Positions 31,032-32,000 of a stretch of 32,000 bases of DNA are shown piece after piece. A program made the position numbers and the translations under genes. The stretch spans positions 630,001 through 662,000 of the forward strand of contig OY970357.1 in NCBI GenBank assembly GCA_963718585.1. Direction: 5' to 3'. Source of the DNA: Candidatus Saccharimonadota bacterium (GTDB lineage Bacteria > Patescibacteriota > Patescibacteriia > 2-12-FULL-60-25). Below the pieces are notes generated by a model. That model saw nothing but the letters and a program-made list of their open reading frames with translations. It did no database searches and was not told the DNA's origin. Numbering within the stretch: position 1 is the first letter of the stretch; each line of letters starts with the position of its first letter.

Positions 31032-32000
31032 GTGGATGTCGCTGCCTTTATGCCAAAACCGCGCCAGCTATTCGCATAGCGAGGGGTCACGACCACGTCC
31101 CGCATATGGGCGGCGTCGAACCATTCACGAAAATCATCACCTCGGATATAGAAGGCGATCTCGGGCAAAAGATGATCAAAGACGATCGAGTAGTTCTCAC
31201 GAAACGAATAGCCGGAGATCGAACACAGGTAGGACGAATACGGCAGGATGTGCTGAAGCCACCCAAAATGAGGGCGCGTTGCAGGACGATACAAGCAGAT
31301 CAGCAGAGTCTGGAGCACGACCGAAAGGCAAAAGGCGATCGCCTTCGTGACGGGCAATGGGAGCTTTGAGGTCACACGGCGGATCGGATTGAGCACATGA
31401 ATGATCCATCCATTCCCCTCTCGTCCGTAGACCCATGCAGACACCGATCCGCCGGGGCGGACCTTCTCGACCATCTTCAAAAATGCGCGACGCGGATCCG
31501 GCGTATGATGCAACACACCGATCGAATACGCATAGTCAAAACGCGGCTTCAACGGGAGATGAAAGACATCCGCCTGGATGATGTGGACCCCCTCCATGCG
31601 TCCGACGTTCGCAAAGGCGACGTCCACGGCTTTGGAGAGATCAATCCCAACGACCTGTGCCGCGCCGAACTTCTTTGCCTGCAAAACATGACGTCCTTTG
31701 CCGCAGCCCACATCCAACACCGTTTTGCCGACAAAATGATCACGCGTGACAGGCTTGATCCAGCTGAGAAACTGCGCCTCGTACTCGGGCGTGATCATGT
31801 CGAATTGTTTCCACTCTTCGCCGAACCGTTCCGCGGTCGTCAGATTGGTCGTATCGACCGCGTCTGAGCGAAGACGCGGGACTCCACGCACGATCGGATG
31901 CGGACCGCATGCGCACGTCAGCGCTCCCTCCATGACCTCATTCCCCTCTCGCGCATCGACGCGGCAGGCGTAGGGCCCGCCACATGCGGGACACTGCAGG
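31028..32000 (-). CDS. Class I SAM-dependent methyltransferase with an N-terminal zinc ribbon and hydrophobic C-terminal segments; the 5' end lies beyond the window
   Basis: The track ORF starts at Met 31933, but the frame stays open upstream to position 32000 and reads LQCPACGGPYACRVDAREGNEV-MEGALTCACGPHPIVRGVPRL. This completes a four-Cys ribbon, so the true start is probably outside the window. Core motifs: VLDVGCGKGRH, YSIGVLHHTPDP, RPGGSVS. Confidence 0.75.
   Translation of the reverse strand, partial: LQCPACGGPYACRVDAREGNEVMEGALTCACGPHPIVRGVPRLRSDAVDTTNLTTAERFGEEWKQFDMITPEYEAQFLSWIKPVTRDHFVGKTVLDVGCGKGRHVLQAKKFGAAQVVGIDLSKAVDVAFANVGRMEGVHIIQADVFHLPLKPRFDYAYSIGVLHHTPDPRRAFLKMVEKVRPGGSVSAWVYGREGNGWIIHVLNPIRRVTSKLPLPVTKAIAFCLSVVLQTLLICLYRPATRPHFGWLQHILPYSSYLCSISGYSFRENYSIVFDHLLPEIAFYIRGDDFREWFDAAHMRDVVVTPRYANSWRGFGIKAATST

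Noticed and set aside
1-32000. CRISPR arrays, tRNA/rRNA genes, IS elements, integrases, and prophage or toxin-antitoxin modules
   Set aside because: I saw no spaced direct repeats, no tRNA-like T-loop or acceptor patterns in the few non-coding gaps, and no transposase, integrase or recombinase-like ORFs. Every long ORF is accounted for by envelope or glycan functions.
1-32000. An alternative genetic code, with TGA read as an amino acid as in some candidate phyla
   Set aside because: TGA terminates many ORFs exactly where the homologous protein families end, and it forms ATGA/GTGA coupling overlaps (for example at 6072, 18724, 31028 and 17023). The standard code 11 fits.

Overview
The window is almost entirely coding (about 30 CDS, mostly on the minus strand) and is a cell-envelope glycan biosynthesis locus. 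It uses the standard genetic code: TGA, TAA and TAG all end conserved proteins, and several gene junctions are ATGA or GTGA overlaps. I found no rRNA, tRNA, CRISPR array, transposase, integrase or inverted-repeat element.

Gene content from left to right:
- two GT4 glycosyltransferases
- a DUF2304-like small membrane protein and a Dpm1-like GT2
- a stand-alone minimal class III nucleotidyl cyclase
- two tandem UXS/ArnA-like SDR paralogs
- GtrA
- a secreted S8 subtilase
- a WbaP-type initiating phosphoglycosyltransferase
- a GalE-like epimerase
- a UDP-glucose dehydrogenase-family gene broken by two frameshifts
- an unusual sub-cluster: a NeuB-SAF-TIM-barrel fusion, a classical SDR, an APH-fold kinase, a HAD hydrolase, a class III aminotransferase, an SpsF/NeuA-type cytidylyltransferase, a methyltransferase and Gmd
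- a Wzx-type flippase
- a KpsC/KpsS-like (Capsule_synth-like) protein
- an FkbM methyltransferase and another GT4
- two paralogous large polytopic GT-C-like membrane proteins
- three zinc-ribbon SAM methyltransferases and a second Dpm1-like GT2

Most interesting observations:
- a candidate non-canonical CMP-ulosonic-acid pathway with kinase/phosphatase logic
- the three-domain NeuB fusion
- a decayed or repurposed UDP-GlcA branch: a frameshifted dehydrogenase next to UXS-like paralogs that lack the catalytic Glu
- the components of a GtrA / Dpm1-like GT2 / GT-C extracytoplasmic glycosylation system
- the orphan cyclase
- recurrent -10-like hexamers 5-9 nt upstream of start codons, which suggests leaderless mRNAs

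All functional calls come from reading motifs in the translated ORFs by eye. No database search was run.
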